A DNA stretch of 64,000 nt from a bacterium (GCA_963655255.1 CAVKEB010000007.1:13026-77025), one strand, 5' to 3'. Positions 48,369-58,351 are shown, counted from the stretch's first letter. Numbers and translations are program-made. The notes: a model not told the origin generated them from the letters alone.

Positions 48369-49370
48369 TTATTTATAATCCTGTACAGTAAACATGGGTT
48401 TGATGGTGACGACCTGTTTGAAATCGTCGCCGGAAAGTGCAACGCTGGAATCCATGGATTTCAGATCCGCCTTCAGAACCTCCAGCGCCTCCTCTACCGT
48501 CTGCGCCCGCTCCTCCTGAAGAATCCGGATCATGCGGTCAAACGTATACGGATGTGCATAGCAGCAGGGAATCGGGAAATCCGGAAGGTGCTTCAGCGAA
48601 TTCTTCATCGCGCCCAGTGCTTCCTCATATTCCTTATCCCGGAGCTTCCGGTTCGTCATCTTACTGGGAAGTCCCTTGCTGTTGACGGCGAGGAACACCA
48701 GCATAATCCCGAACAGCGCGGCAACCACACCGACACTCCGGTTCGCATTCCTCATGATCACAATGCCTGCCAGAGTCACAAGAATGCCTGCCGCCAGAAG
48801 TCCCACGGCGATGTAACGGACGGACGGCTTCATCAGATCCGCATGCCGCTTTATCTTCGCCATGGCGGCGAGCTTCTCATACAGAGCGGGGCGCTTGTGC
48901 ACCTCCCACCTTGCATCCTCCAGGATCTTCCTGCTGCGAAGCGCTTCCTTCGACAGCGCATTGGCCTGGATTCTCGCCTCCGTGGCCTCCCGTTCCTTCT
49001 TCCTGCGAAGTCCTTCCGGAGACAGAAGCGGGATCTCCGGATGATTCTTCTCCAGATCGTCCAGCATCTTGTCAGCGTCCTGCAGATAACGGAAGGAGCA
49101 TTCCTGTTCCCTGCCATCGTCATAGCGGACGACAATGAACAGAACCGGGGCAAGGAATCCCTTCCCCTCCGGGTTGCTCGCACCGACCCGCTTGAACACA
49201 TTGGTGATGGCTTCATACGGAATATAATAATTCCGGGGATGCATTGTGCTTCCCATGTAGACGGCCTTCTCACCGAGTCCGCACTGATCATACTTCCGGC
49301 ATTTCTTCCGGTCCGCTCTGACCTGCGCTTCTTCGATCGTGATCCGGCTCAATGGCTTTACTATACCCAT
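48369..49370 (-). CDS. Hypothetical membrane protein (two TMs)
   Basis: 333-aa ORF with a hydrophobic hairpin and genome-typical codon use. Confidence 0.75.
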   Translation of the reverse strand: MGIVKPLSRITIEEAQVRADRKKCRKYDQCGLGEKAVYMGSTMHPRNYYIPYEAITNVFKRVGASNPEGKGFLAPVLFIVVRYDDGREQECSFRYLQDADKMLDDLEKNHPEIPLLSPEGLRRKKEREATEARIQANALSKEALRSRKILEDARWEVHKRPALYEKLAAMAKIKRHADLMKPSVRYIAVGLLAAGILVTLAGIVIMRNANRSVGVVAALFGIMLVFLAVNSKGLPSKMTNRKLRDKEYEEALGAMKNSLKHLPDFPIPCCYAHPYTFDRMIRILQEERAQTVEEALEVLKADLKSMDSSVALSGDDFKQVVTIKPMFTVQDYK

Positions 49371-49703
49371 CTCTTACGGTTTATCCTTCGTTATCCATAT
49401 AGAAATCCATACAATCATAGCATGAATCCGGCAAAGTGGATTCATAATATTTAGAAAAATTTTAGGCAGTTTTCATATTTTGTTACTTTTTCATATGAAA
49501 TTCTGCCAGATATATCTTCTTTGTATGTCGTTTGTTTATACTAACTGTTAAATTCTCTCTGCATCCTGCGGCCGGGCCGACCGACACATTTTCCATTCCG
49601 CACATTCCGGAATGCAGAAACCGTCCTCCATTTTCCGCTTCTCCGGCAGACCGTAACCGTGTACTGCCTGTTCCAACAGCCAGTCAAAAAATGCATTCTC
49701 TGC

Positions 49704-49763
49704 TAGGGTTTTGCTAAGAAACCTTCCCGCACGGTCAAGCCTTCGTTAAGACTCTGGTATAAT
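49704..49763 (+). promoter_or_regulatory. Direct-repeat array plus -10 box upstream of the small-ORF/kinase/regulator operon
   Basis: TAGGG 49704, TAAGA 49715, CAAGC 49736, TAAGA 49747 (spacing 11/21/11); TGgTATAAT at 49755-49763. Confidence 0.55.
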
Positions 49764-49826
49764 CATAGAAGAGTCCGATTCGCTGTGCTATCCTCTCGCT
49801 GATTCAATTTATGGAGGTGCTGTACA

Positions 49827-49967
49827 ATGAATTTGCTGATTCTGCTGATGATGATTATTGAAGTGATTTCCGGTGTCTGCGCAACGCTCTATGTTGTCAT
49901 TACGCTTCCCGTCTATATCATCTGGAAGATTGTTCAATGGAAGCGCACCGGAGAGCCGATTATCTGA
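49827..49967 (+). CDS. Small membrane protein, 46 aa (below the ORF-track cutoff)
   Basis: GGAGGT SD; MNLLILLMMIIEVISGVCATLYVVITLPVYIIWKIVQWKRTGEPII*. Confidence 0.72.
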   Translation: MNLLILLMMIIEVISGVCATLYVVITLPVYIIWKIVQWKRTGEPII

Positions 49968-50040
49968 TTTCCACCGGACCTGGAGGACACTGCCGCACCG
50001 CTGCGGCAATGCGGCCGGACCGGAAGAAGGGGAGCTTTTC

Positions 50041-51129
50041 ATGATAAAACTTCCAAATGCCGGAAACGGCCCGCAGGATCCTCACCCGGTCCGCAGGAAT
50101 ATCGCGATTACCTGCGGCGTGCTCCTTCTGACCGCAGGGGTCTGCGCCGTTCTGCATCAGTTCGTCTCCACAGACTCACATGTGCCGCTTATTTTCGTAC
50201 TGGCCATCGTCGTCATTTCCCGCTTTACCGATGGCTATCTGTACGGCATCGCGGCTTCGTTTCTCGCGGTATTCGGGGTGAACTGTCTTTTTACCTATCC
50301 GTATTTCCGTCTGAATTTCTCCATCACGGGATATCCCCTGACCTTCGCCGTGATGCTGACAGTCACCGTGATCGTCAGTGCACTGACGACGCAGATCAAG
50401 CAGCAGGAGCAGATCAAGCTCCAGATGGAACGGGAGCAGATGCGCGCGAATCTCCTGCGCTCCGTTTCTCATGACATCCGGACGCCCCTGACCTCCATCG
50501 TAGGCTCCGCCTCAGCCATTCTCGACAATTACGACTGTCTCGATGATGAGCAGAAGAAAACTTTGACCGGCGATATCCGAACCGAGGCACAGTGGCTGAA
50601 CCGCATCGTGGAGAATATCCTCTCCATCACGCGCATCAGCGGCGGCAGCACACAGATCATGAAATCCGACGAGCTCGCGGAGGAGGTGGTCAGCAGCGCC
50701 GTCCAGAAATTCCGCAAGCACAGTCCCGGCATTCCGGTTCAGGTGGATGTGCCCGGAGAGGTCCTGCTCGTCCCGATGGATCCGGTTCTCATCGAGCAGG
50801 TTCTTCTGAATCTGATGGACAACTCGGTGATGCATGGCGGACATATTTCACGCATCGGCATTCATGTCACTCACCGCCCGGGCTGTGCAGTCTTCTCCGT
50901 GGAGGATGACGGCGTCGGCATTGACCCGCAGGTGCTCCCGCATCTGTTCGACGGAACGCTGCCGCTTCATTCCCGCGATACCGACTCCTCGCATCACAAT
51001 ATGCAGATCGGGCTTTCCGTCTGCATGTCCATCGTCCGGGCACACCACGGCACCATGCAGGCGGAAAATCTCTCCGGAGGCGGTGCCCGGGTCTGGTTCG
51101 AACTTCCTCTGGAGGACGCGAATTCCTGA
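50041..51129 (+). CDS. KdpD-like sensor kinase (DUF4118 4-TM + HisKA/HATPase), lacking the N-terminal KdpD/USP and GAF domains
   Basis: Four-TM block; RANLLRSVSHDIRTPL; IEQVLLNLMDN; DDGVG; start at ATG 50041. Confidence 0.87.
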   Translation: MIKLPNAGNGPQDPHPVRRNIAITCGVLLLTAGVCAVLHQFVSTDSHVPLIFVLAIVVISRFTDGYLYGIAASFLAVFGVNCLFTYPYFRLNFSITGYPLTFAVMLTVTVIVSALTTQIKQQEQIKLQMEREQMRANLLRSVSHDIRTPLTSIVGSASAILDNYDCLDDEQKKTLTGDIRTEAQWLNRIVENILSITRISGGSTQIMKSDELAEEVVSSAVQKFRKHSPGIPVQVDVPGEVLLVPMDPVLIEQVLLNLMDNSVMHGGHISRIGIHVTHRPGCAVFSVEDDGVGIDPQVLPHLFDGTLPLHSRDTDSSHHNMQIGLSVCMSIVRAHHGTMQAENLSGGGARVWFELPLEDANS

Positions 51130-51152
51130 TTCGCAGAAAGGAGCATTCCACA

Positions 51153-51857
51153 ATGCAGATCCGCGACAGTATTCTGATCATCGAAGACGACAACAGCATC
51201 ATCAATCTGATGAAGGCCGTTCTGCGCGCCAACAATTATGAGGTTTTCATCGCCCGTACCGGTTCCGAAGCGCTGACCATTGCAGGTTCCCAGTGTCCGA
51301 ATCTGGTAATTCTGGATCTGGGACTCCCGGATATGGACGGTGTGGAGATCATCCGTCAGATCCGCAGCTGGTCCACCCTGCCGATTCTGGTGGTTTCCGC
51401 GCGCGATCACGAGAGCGACAAGGTGCAGGCATTCGATCTCGGTGCGGACGATTACATCACCAAACCGTTCGGGACCTCCGAGCTTCTCGCAAGAATCCGC
51501 ACCGCGCTCCGTCACTCCCACACGGTTGTGCAGAGTTCTCTGTCTGAGAGCGAGCAGTTTCAGGCGGGCGATCTGCGCATTAATTTCAACAAGCATCAGG
51601 TCTTCGTCCGCGGCGAGGATGTCCATCTGACGCAGAATGAGTACCGCATTGTTGCCCTCCTCGCCAAGTACTCCGGCCGCGTCATCACCTATGACGCCAT
51701 CATGCAGGAAATCTGGGGGCCGAACATGAAATCCGACAACAAGATTCTGCGCGTCAACATGGCGAATATCCGGCGTAAGATCGAGAAAAACCCTGCCGAG
51801 CCCGAGTTTATTTTCACGGAGGCCGGGGTCGGATACCGTCTCATCGAAGCGACCTGA
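51153..51857 (+). CDS. KdpE-like OmpR-family response regulator
   Basis: ILDLGLPDMDG, GADDYITKPF, LRVNMANIRRKIE, TEAGVGYR. Confidence 0.92.
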   Translation: MQIRDSILIIEDDNSIINLMKAVLRANNYEVFIARTGSEALTIAGSQCPNLVILDLGLPDMDGVEIIRQIRSWSTLPILVVSARDHESDKVQAFDLGADDYITKPFGTSELLARIRTALRHSHTVVQSSLSESEQFQAGDLRINFNKHQVFVRGEDVHLTQNEYRIVALLAKYSGRVITYDAIMQEIWGPNMKSDNKILRVNMANIRRKIEKNPAEPEFIFTEAGVGYRLIEAT

Positions 51858-51876
51858 CCTTCCGCAATTGCCCCGA

Positions 51877-51973
51877 TGCCGCATTCGGCAAAACCACGGC
51901 ACTCTTTATACAGAGAGGATTCGTCTTCGCGAAACTGATATCGCATATTTTTCCTCAACGATGTATCAATATG
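51877..51973 (+). repeat. Modular palindromic repeat family, copy h (degenerate)
   Basis: TGCCGCATTCGGCAAAACC...GGCACTCTTTATACAGAGAGGATTCGTCTTCGCGAAA...TTTTCCTCAACGATGTATCAATATG. Confidence 0.8.
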
Positions 51974-51995
51974 CGCCGCCGGGCATACCGCAGAC

Positions 51996-52045
51996 AAAAA
52001 GGCTGCAGCATCGGATTTTCTCTCTGATGCTACAGCCTTCTTTTA
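51996..52045. terminator. Bidirectional intrinsic terminator between convergent genes
   Basis: AAAAAGGCTGcAGCATCgGA...TCtGATGCTaCAGCCTTCTTTT. Confidence 0.75.
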
Positions 52046-52107
52046 TGTAACCGCTGCAATTGTTAAATTCTGAGCTCCGTATTCGTCCCGGAAGCTCCTG
52101 TTACCTC

Positions 52108-54102
52108 TTATTTCTTCCTGTGCGTCAGATGCGCAATCGCCCCGAGCGCCACGGCAACCGCAGCTCCTGTCGCCAGTGCCGTCTTATTCTCCTCCACAAG
52201 CTCCTTTGCTTCCTCCGCATTCTTCGGAAGTTTCTCCTTCACTGCATCAATGCCGTCCTTTGCCTTCTGAACGCCGTCCGTCACCGTATCCCGCAGGACC
52301 GTCTGCATGTCCTTTTTCTCCGGATCCACGATGACGTGATATTCCTTCAGAAGTTTCTCAATCTCCGTCCCGCGGATCTTGAGCATCGCTGCCTTCAGCG
52401 CGGCATCCACAACCGGTCCCATGGATCCGTCATTCAGCGGTCTTCCATCGCGAAGTGCTACGGTCGCATGAAGAAGATCCCGGATATCAAAGGTGCTGCC
52501 CCAGACCTCCGGCACGCCGCGGTCAATGTTCAGGAGCGTATAAACTGCCTCCATGCCGGTGCGGATGGAGTATTCGGTCGTGAAAATAGTGTCTCTGGGC
52601 GTCTCGGCAAACTGACCGAGGAACGCGAAGTTCACGGCACCTTCCGGAACAACATCCGGGCGGTCGCCCGCCTCGCGGGGCATGAAGAATGCCGTGATAT
52701 ACGGCATCATGACCGGAACGGTATTGCAGCTGTTCCCGGCCAGGTCTTCGATCTCATCCATCGGAACGCCGAGATGATACAGCCACTCCTCACAGATTTC
52801 CTTACCGGTGCACTCCCGCATCGGCTTGTTCACATAATCGCCGGGCTTGTCGGAGAACAGCGCATATACCCATACCAGGCACTGATCCTTTGGCTGATCT
52901 TTGAACTGCGGCTGACGGTTGATGGTCCAGGACAGAAGCCAGGACGAATCTCTGGCCGTCACAATGCCGCCTGTCACAACACCGCCGCTGAAAGGATCCC
53001 TATGGCAGATATTCTTGATATACGGAATCACCTTGTCATCCAGCGTCGTCACCGTCGCACTCATCCAGTTCGTCTGCTCCGGATCGTAGTCAAACTTCTC
53101 CGGATGTCCGAAGGACGGATCCTGCAGGGCGATGCGGTGCCACATATCCCAGCCGCCGCCTTCATGCAGGGATGCATCGAAGGGCGCAGGCTTGTTCTGG
53201 CTTCCGATTGCCGCATTCTCCACGCAGCCGCCGTTGGTGATGAAGACCAGATCGTTCTCGGTCAGCGGAATGAACTCCTTCCTGCCGTCCCGGGTCACCT
53301 CAATGGCAGTCGCCACCTTCTTCTCCTGCTGAATATCGAACTTGACGTTGTCCACCTTCACGCCGTACTCAAAGCTTACGCCGAAGCCTTCCAGATACTT
53401 GATCATCGGAAGAATCATCGACTCGTACTGGTTGTAGCGCGTGAAGCGGAGCGCCGTGAAGTCCGGAAGTCCGCCGATGTGATGCACGTATCTCTGCAGA
53501 TACCGCTTCATTTCCAGAGCGGAATGCCAGTTCTCAAACGCGAACATGGTCCGCCAGTACATCCAGAAATTGCTCTCGAAGACCTCCTCGTCGAAGACCT
53601 CGTTGATTCTCTTGTTGTACAGATCCTCATCCGGTGTCAGGTAGAGCTTCATAATCTCTTCCGCACCCTTGTCCGAGAGGCCGAACTTCTTGTCGGTGTG
53701 CGCATCCTGTCCGCGCTTCTCCGTCGCACGGCAGAGTGAGAAGTTCGGATCCTTCTTGTTCAGCCAGTAGTACTCATCCAGAACGCTGACTCCCGGCGTC
53801 TCAATGGACGGGATGGAACGAAACAGATCCCACATGCACTCGAAGTGATTATCCATCTCACGTCCGCCGCGCATGACATAACCGACATCATTGATGTACA
53901 GGCCGTCGCAGGCACCCCCCGGGACATCTTCCTTCTCCAGAACATGGACATGGGAGCCCTTCATCTGTCCGTCGCGCACCAGAAAGCACGCCGCTGAGAG
54001 CGCCGCCAGTCCGGAGCCTACAATATATGCCGATTTCTTATCCACGCCTTCCGGTTTCAGGGGGCGAACAAATGCTTCATAATTTCCGCTTGAATAATAC
54101 AT
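52108..54102 (-). CDS. ohyA: Oleate hydratase (myosin-cross-reactive antigen family)
   Basis: MYYSSGNYEAF start, GSGLAALSAA FAD motif, RGGREM, YNQYES, FTTEYS. Confidence 0.95.
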   Translation of the reverse strand: MYYSSGNYEAFVRPLKPEGVDKKSAYIVGSGLAALSAACFLVRDGQMKGSHVHVLEKEDVPGGACDGLYINDVGYVMRGGREMDNHFECMWDLFRSIPSIETPGVSVLDEYYWLNKKDPNFSLCRATEKRGQDAHTDKKFGLSDKGAEEIMKLYLTPDEDLYNKRINEVFDEEVFESNFWMYWRTMFAFENWHSALEMKRYLQRYVHHIGGLPDFTALRFTRYNQYESMILPMIKYLEGFGVSFEYGVKVDNVKFDIQQEKKVATAIEVTRDGRKEFIPLTENDLVFITNGGCVENAAIGSQNKPAPFDASLHEGGGWDMWHRIALQDPSFGHPEKFDYDPEQTNWMSATVTTLDDKVIPYIKNICHRDPFSGGVVTGGIVTARDSSWLLSWTINRQPQFKDQPKDQCLVWVYALFSDKPGDYVNKPMRECTGKEICEEWLYHLGVPMDEIEDLAGNSCNTVPVMMPYITAFFMPREAGDRPDVVPEGAVNFAFLGQFAETPRDTIFTTEYSIRTGMEAVYTLLNIDRGVPEVWGSTFDIRDLLHATVALRDGRPLNDGSMGPVVDAALKAAMLKIRGTEIEKLLKEYHVIVDPEKKDMQTVLRDTVTDGVQKAKDGIDAVKEKLPKNAEEAKELVEENKTALATGAAVAVALGAIAHLTHRKK

Positions 54103-54279
54103 ATGCCATTACCTCCGTTGGTCACGCTGATTCTCATTCTGCATCTTCTGACAGGAGCAGGGTATCCGCAGCGGTCCCGCCGCCAACATGCAGCCTGATC
54201 TCTCTGTCCTGTTTTTATTATACAAAATATGACCATTGGTCACAATCTGTTTTTCATAAACAATCTGTGAATATTTTCT

Positions 54280-54309
54280 AAAAAAGGGCGCGGATCCTGT
54301 CCGCGCCCT
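54280..54309 (-). terminator. Intrinsic terminator of mntP
   Basis: AGGGCGCGGA...TCCGCGCCCT plus a T-tract on the minus strand. Confidence 0.75.
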
Positions 54310-54352
54310 GCAAATTGTTCTTCTCCGTGTCTTTCACAGACGGTACGCAGGA

Positions 54353-54961
54353 TCAGAATACACCCTTGATAAAAATTTCCAGACCAATTGCGATCAAAAT
54401 CAGACCGCCGCAGATGGTTGCCTTGTCTGCCAGCTTCTCTCCGAATTTCTTTCCGAAAAGAAGTCCCGCCATACAGATGACAAAGGTGGTCACTGCGACC
54501 AGGAGAGAACAGGCCGTTGCCATCCATGTCCCGTATTCCGCAATCGTAAAGCCGACGGACAACGCATCAATGGAAGTCGCGATTCCCTGAATCATCAGCG
54601 TCCCGAAGCCAAGACAGGCCGCTGATTCCGCCTTCACGAGGCCATCTTCCAGGCTCCTGCCTTCCCGGACACTCCGGATTCCTTCCACCAGCATTTTCCC
54701 GCCGATCCATGCCAGAAGGATCAGTGCGATCCAGGGTATGAACTTCCGGAAAGCCGCGAACTGCTCCGCGATGGTATGAACACAGAACCAGCCGATCATT
54801 GGCATCGCAAACTGATATCCCGCATAGGTCCCGGCAATGCCGCACATTTTTCTTCTCGACATATGCGGCTCATTCAGTCCGTTTGCAATCGACACGGAAA
54901 ACGCATCCATCGCCAGCCCGACGCCCAGTGCAATACTGTTTAATACGAAAACAAAATTCAT
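54353..54961 (-). CDS. mntP: Manganese efflux pump MntP
   Basis: LAMDAFSVS and ATSIDALSVG motifs; GGAGG SD; upstream Mn riboswitch. Confidence 0.93.
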   Translation of the reverse strand: MNFVFVLNSIALGVGLAMDAFSVSIANGLNEPHMSRRKMCGIAGTYAGYQFAMPMIGWFCVHTIAEQFAAFRKFIPWIALILLAWIGGKMLVEGIRSVREGRSLEDGLVKAESAACLGFGTLMIQGIATSIDALSVGFTIAEYGTWMATACSLLVAVTTFVICMAGLLFGKKFGEKLADKATICGGLILIAIGLEIFIKGVF

Positions 54962-55121
54962 GATCTCCTCCCAACCCGGTTCATTACTGTCTCCGCTCTC
55001 ATCTGATTTCACATGGAGAATCTCCGATCCTCTGCATGAAGCATGAAACAGAACATGCCTCTTTCCGCGCAGCCGGATTGCTTTCCTGTAAGGAATTCTC
55101 CATTGCAGAAATCAAGAGCAG

Positions 55122-55160
55122 AAAACATAAAACAGGCATAGCCTCTTTGGCCATGCCTGT
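55122..55160 (-). terminator. Riboswitch-controlled intrinsic terminator
   Basis: ACAGGCATGGCC-AAAGA-GGCTATGCCTGT followed by TTTATGTTTT on the minus strand. Confidence 0.8.
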
Positions 55161-55202
55161 CTGAAATCTTCTTATTCCCATGCATAGCCGTATTCACAGA
55201 TA

Positions 55203-55292
55203 CACATGAGTCTCGCATTTTAAAGTAAGCCAGATTCCACAGGAATCAGTATGTTGACTTACTGCAGCAGGTGCTTGCTACTCCCTCACTGG
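55203..55292 (-). ncRNA. yybP-ykoY manganese riboswitch aptamer
   Basis: GAGGGAGTAGC...GTCAACATACT...GGC...GCGAGACTC conserved blocks upstream of mntP. Confidence 0.9.
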
Positions 55293-56695
55293 GAGTGATT
55301 GTCGCATTCCGCCCCGGAATTAGTCAATTCTAATTGTTTCTTTTTCTCAGAATTCGCCCGGGCGGCCGTCTTCACCGCTTTCTTCACCCCCCCCCAGGCA
55401 GGTTCGTTCTTCCGGATGATGTCATTGTTGAGCGTTTTCACACGGCTCTCGAACCAGTCCGCCAGAGGATCAATGATCCCCTTGCTGGTAAAACAGATCA
55501 TATAGTTCGTCCGGTCATACGGGACGAAGGCTGCGACCTGCCGCCCGATGAGAAACATCTGCCATTCCTTCGGAACATGAACCCGGTTCTCATTCAGGAC
55601 AAACGAAATCCGGTCACGATGATCATTCAGCGTCCTGCGGATCTTCCGCATATCTCCCGCCTCAATCTGCAGGTTCACGCCGGCTTCCTGGATCTTCGCA
55701 TCCTTCCGGAAATTCTCCAGACCGGTCGGCGTGGTAAATTCCAGAATGTTCAGGTTCCGGTACATCTGACCATACTGAATAAAATCATCGCTCTTCATGT
55801 ATTTTGCGACAAGCTCATCCGTAGAACAGAGCCACAGACAGGGTCTCGGCGTCAGCAGATACACCGGCTCCTTTCCGATGGTCATCCAGTGGCGGATGAA
55901 AAACTGCATGATCGACATATAGTCCGTATCCGTGGAAGCGATCTCTGCAGCGTCCTTCAGAACCTTGTCAAAATTGTTCCGGTATGCATTCACCACGCTC
56001 TGATCATGGACCATCACGACCTGCTTCTCACTGTAGCTGATCAGGAGCATCGTTCTCTCTCCGACAATATAATACGGAAAAGCAATGGTATTCAGTCCCG
56101 TCATGGTCTTGCCGAGCGAATATGCGTGAAAGCGCGTGGTCTGATTCTTCAGATAAGAGAACCATTCCGCCATTCGAAGATAGAGATGAGAAGAACTGCT
56201 GGACCGGCGCCCGCCTTCTTCCGCCACCAGCTGCCGGATATCCGGGACCTTCCCGGCCACGTGGACATTGTTCTCCACCGCCCAGAAAAGCTCTGTCGTT
56301 CTCCTGCTGCCGGAAGGGAGGAACAATCGGTAGCTGTCATTCCCCGCCACAGTCTCCTGCGCGATAAAATCGGAAATCAGCTCGCTCTCTTTCGTCTTCT
56401 TGATAACCGGCACATCCTCCGAAAGTGAATTGAAAAAGCGCTTTACCTGCTGACGCTGTTCAAACGTCTTCTCATCCACCCGTTCTCTTTCATAACAGTC
56501 CACCAACTCTTCATAAGTGGCAGAATCCAGCTGAACATGCTGGCAGATCGCCTTCAGCTGTCCCTCTGTCGCAATGCGGTTACCGCGCAGAATCTGATAA
56601 AACGTGGAACGGTCAATGCCCGTCTCCTTGATGATATAATTTTTGGACTCACTGGCCTGACTCAACAGATCAGAAAGCATGCTTCCAACACTCAC
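55286..56695 (-). CDS. Hypothetical protein with an N-terminal XRE-like HTH (putative regulator)
   Basis: TGIDRSTFYQILRGNR HTH-like segment; GTG start at 56695 with an SD from repeat copy i. Confidence 0.7.
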   Translation of the reverse strand: MSVGSMLSDLLSQASESKNYIIKETGIDRSTFYQILRGNRIATEGQLKAICQHVQLDSATYEELVDCYERERVDEKTFEQRQQVKRFFNSLSEDVPVIKKTKESELISDFIAQETVAGNDSYRLFLPSGSRRTTELFWAVENNVHVAGKVPDIRQLVAEEGGRRSSSSSHLYLRMAEWFSYLKNQTTRFHAYSLGKTMTGLNTIAFPYYIVGERTMLLISYSEKQVVMVHDQSVVNAYRNNFDKVLKDAAEIASTDTDYMSIMQFFIRHWMTIGKEPVYLLTPRPCLWLCSTDELVAKYMKSDDFIQYGQMYRNLNILEFTTPTGLENFRKDAKIQEAGVNLQIEAGDMRKIRRTLNDHRDRISFVLNENRVHVPKEWQMFLIGRQVAAFVPYDRTNYMICFTSKGIIDPLADWFESRVKTLNNDIIRKNEPAWGGVKKAVKTAARANSEKKKQLELTNSGAECDNHSQ

Positions 56696-56697
56696 TG

Positions 56698-56820
56698 TTA
56701 TACCTCGCTGAGGCAAAAATCTCTGTATACAGAGATTCTGCCGAATGCGGCAGCCGGTGCGGCAGCACCGATGCTGCAGTTTGAAAGCGACATATCAATG
56801 TCACTTTCAAACTTGTACCT
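56698..56820 (-). repeat. Modular palindromic repeat family, copy i
   Basis: TTATACCTCGCTGAGGCAAA, perfect palindrome AATCTCTGTATACAGAGATT, then the GCAGC and TTTGAAAG...CTTTCAAAC hairpins. Confidence 0.95.
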
Positions 56821-57035
56821 CTCAAAGAATTCTCCCCCTGGCCGATACAATTTGTGTTCTCATTTTACCATCATATTTTTCCGCCGCAGAGTGGCACGCA
56901 CCAAATCAGTCTTTGCCACTCCATTTCTGCCGTTTCCAGTCCATCGTCTCACAGCTTCATCTTCTTTTTCTTATGTTTAAAAAAATAATCATTTTCGATA
57001 TTTCGTGACAATTCCTTTCCGCTTTGCATGCACGC

Positions 57036-57079
57036 AAAAGGACGTGCCCAAGGGGTTTTCTTCCCCTCGGACACGTCCC
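57036..57079 (-). terminator. Intrinsic terminator of the epimerase gene
   Basis: GGACGTG-CC-AGGGG...CCCCT-GG-CACGTCC stem plus a T-tract on the minus strand. Confidence 0.7.
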
Positions 57080-57091
57080 TGTGAAGTAAGC

Positions 57092-58351
57092 TTACCTTTC
57101 GGCCCTGCGATTATCTTTTACGGCTTTTGCGATGGAAAGATCCGCCGCATAAAGCGGGATCAGAGTCGCCTGCGTGGCATGATACAGATCCGATTTTCCC
57201 GGCCATACCGTATCCAGCACGCGGTTGCTGCGGTCCAGCTGATGGAACCATGAACCGTGTACGTGGTCCATGACCTTCTCATCCAGATACTTCATGAACC
57301 AGCTGTAATAATCCGCGTAGAGTTCCTTGCCGGTCACCTGATAGAGCGATGCGGAGGTATTGATGGCCTCCGCCAGCGTCCAGTGCATCCTGTCATGAAC
57401 CACCGGTCTGCCGTTCCAGTCCGTGGTATAGACAATTCCTGGTGCACCGTCACTGTCCCAGGCATCCAGTGCGGCGCGGTTGAACAGCTCCTCCGCCGCG
57501 GAAAGATACGGTGCTGCCTGTTCGGATACGGCTCCGTTCTCTTCTCCCGGATAAGTGGACAGTGCCCACTGGGTAATCAGTCTCGCCCACTCGATGCCGT
57601 GTCCCGGAGTTGCTCCGTACGGCTTGAACTGATCGTCCGGCTTGTCCTTGTTGCAGTCAAGATCCGCCACCCAGTCACTGCTGTAATGCTCCGGTATTCT
57701 CCAGTTGTTCGCGGATGCCCAGCCGATCACGTGATCAATGATCCTGCCTGCGCGAACCCGGTATTCCTCTTCGCCCGCGGCATCCGCCACGGCCAGAAAC
57801 GCTTCCACGGTATGCATGTTCGCGTTCAGTCCGCGGTACGGATCCAGCTCGGTGAACTCCGTATTCCAGGTATCCACGGAAAGTCCCAGGTCTTCCTTCC
57901 AGAAATACTTGTCATAGACGGCCTTCGCCTTCTCAAAAAGCTCCTCTGCGGCCGGTCTTCCCGCCAGCATTCCGCTTGTCGCTGCCAGAATCACAAAGGC
58001 ATGTGCGTAGCACTGCTTCGGTCCGAGCGGCTGTCCGTCTGCGGTCACCGCCGCATACCAGCCGTCATGCTCCTTGTCGTGCAGCTCTCCGAGAAGTCCC
58101 TTCAGGCCCGCATCTGCCAGTGCCTCGCTTCCCGGATGTCCCAGAAGCGTCCCCAGACTGTACACGTGCACCATCCGTGCCGTAATCCAGGTCTCACGGT
58201 TTCTCTCCTTCCACGGAGTACCGTCGTCCCCCAGCCAGTAGGAGCCGCCCTCCGGCGACGGAAATTCATGTCCGAACGCAAGAAGATTGTCCCTTGCTCC
58301 CTGCAGAAATGCCTTGTTCTCGTCCGTTCCGATCCGATACTTTCGATCCAT
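57092..58351 (-). CDS. AGE-family sugar epimerase/isomerase (YihS/mannose-isomerase-like)
   Basis: ITARMVH, YAHAFV, NANMHTVEAF, TPGHGIEW, DLYHA; start MDRKY at 58351. Confidence 0.88.
   Translation of the reverse strand: MDRKYRIGTDENKAFLQGARDNLLAFGHEFPSPEGGSYWLGDDGTPWKERNRETWITARMVHVYSLGTLLGHPGSEALADAGLKGLLGELHDKEHDGWYAAVTADGQPLGPKQCYAHAFVILAATSGMLAGRPAAEELFEKAKAVYDKYFWKEDLGLSVDTWNTEFTELDPYRGLNANMHTVEAFLAVADAAGEEEYRVRAGRIIDHVIGWASANNWRIPEHYSSDWVADLDCNKDKPDDQFKPYGATPGHGIEWARLITQWALSTYPGEENGAVSEQAAPYLSAAEELFNRAALDAWDSDGAPGIVYTTDWNGRPVVHDRMHWTLAEAINTSASLYQVTGKELYADYYSWFMKYLDEKVMDHVHGSWFHQLDRSNRVLDTVWPGKSDLYHATQATLIPLYAADLSIAKAVKDNRRAER

Noticed and set aside
50041..51857. Calling these genes kdpD/kdpE
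   Set aside because: The sensor lacks the N-terminal KdpD/USP and GAF domains and there is no kdpFABC; only family-level similarity is supportable.
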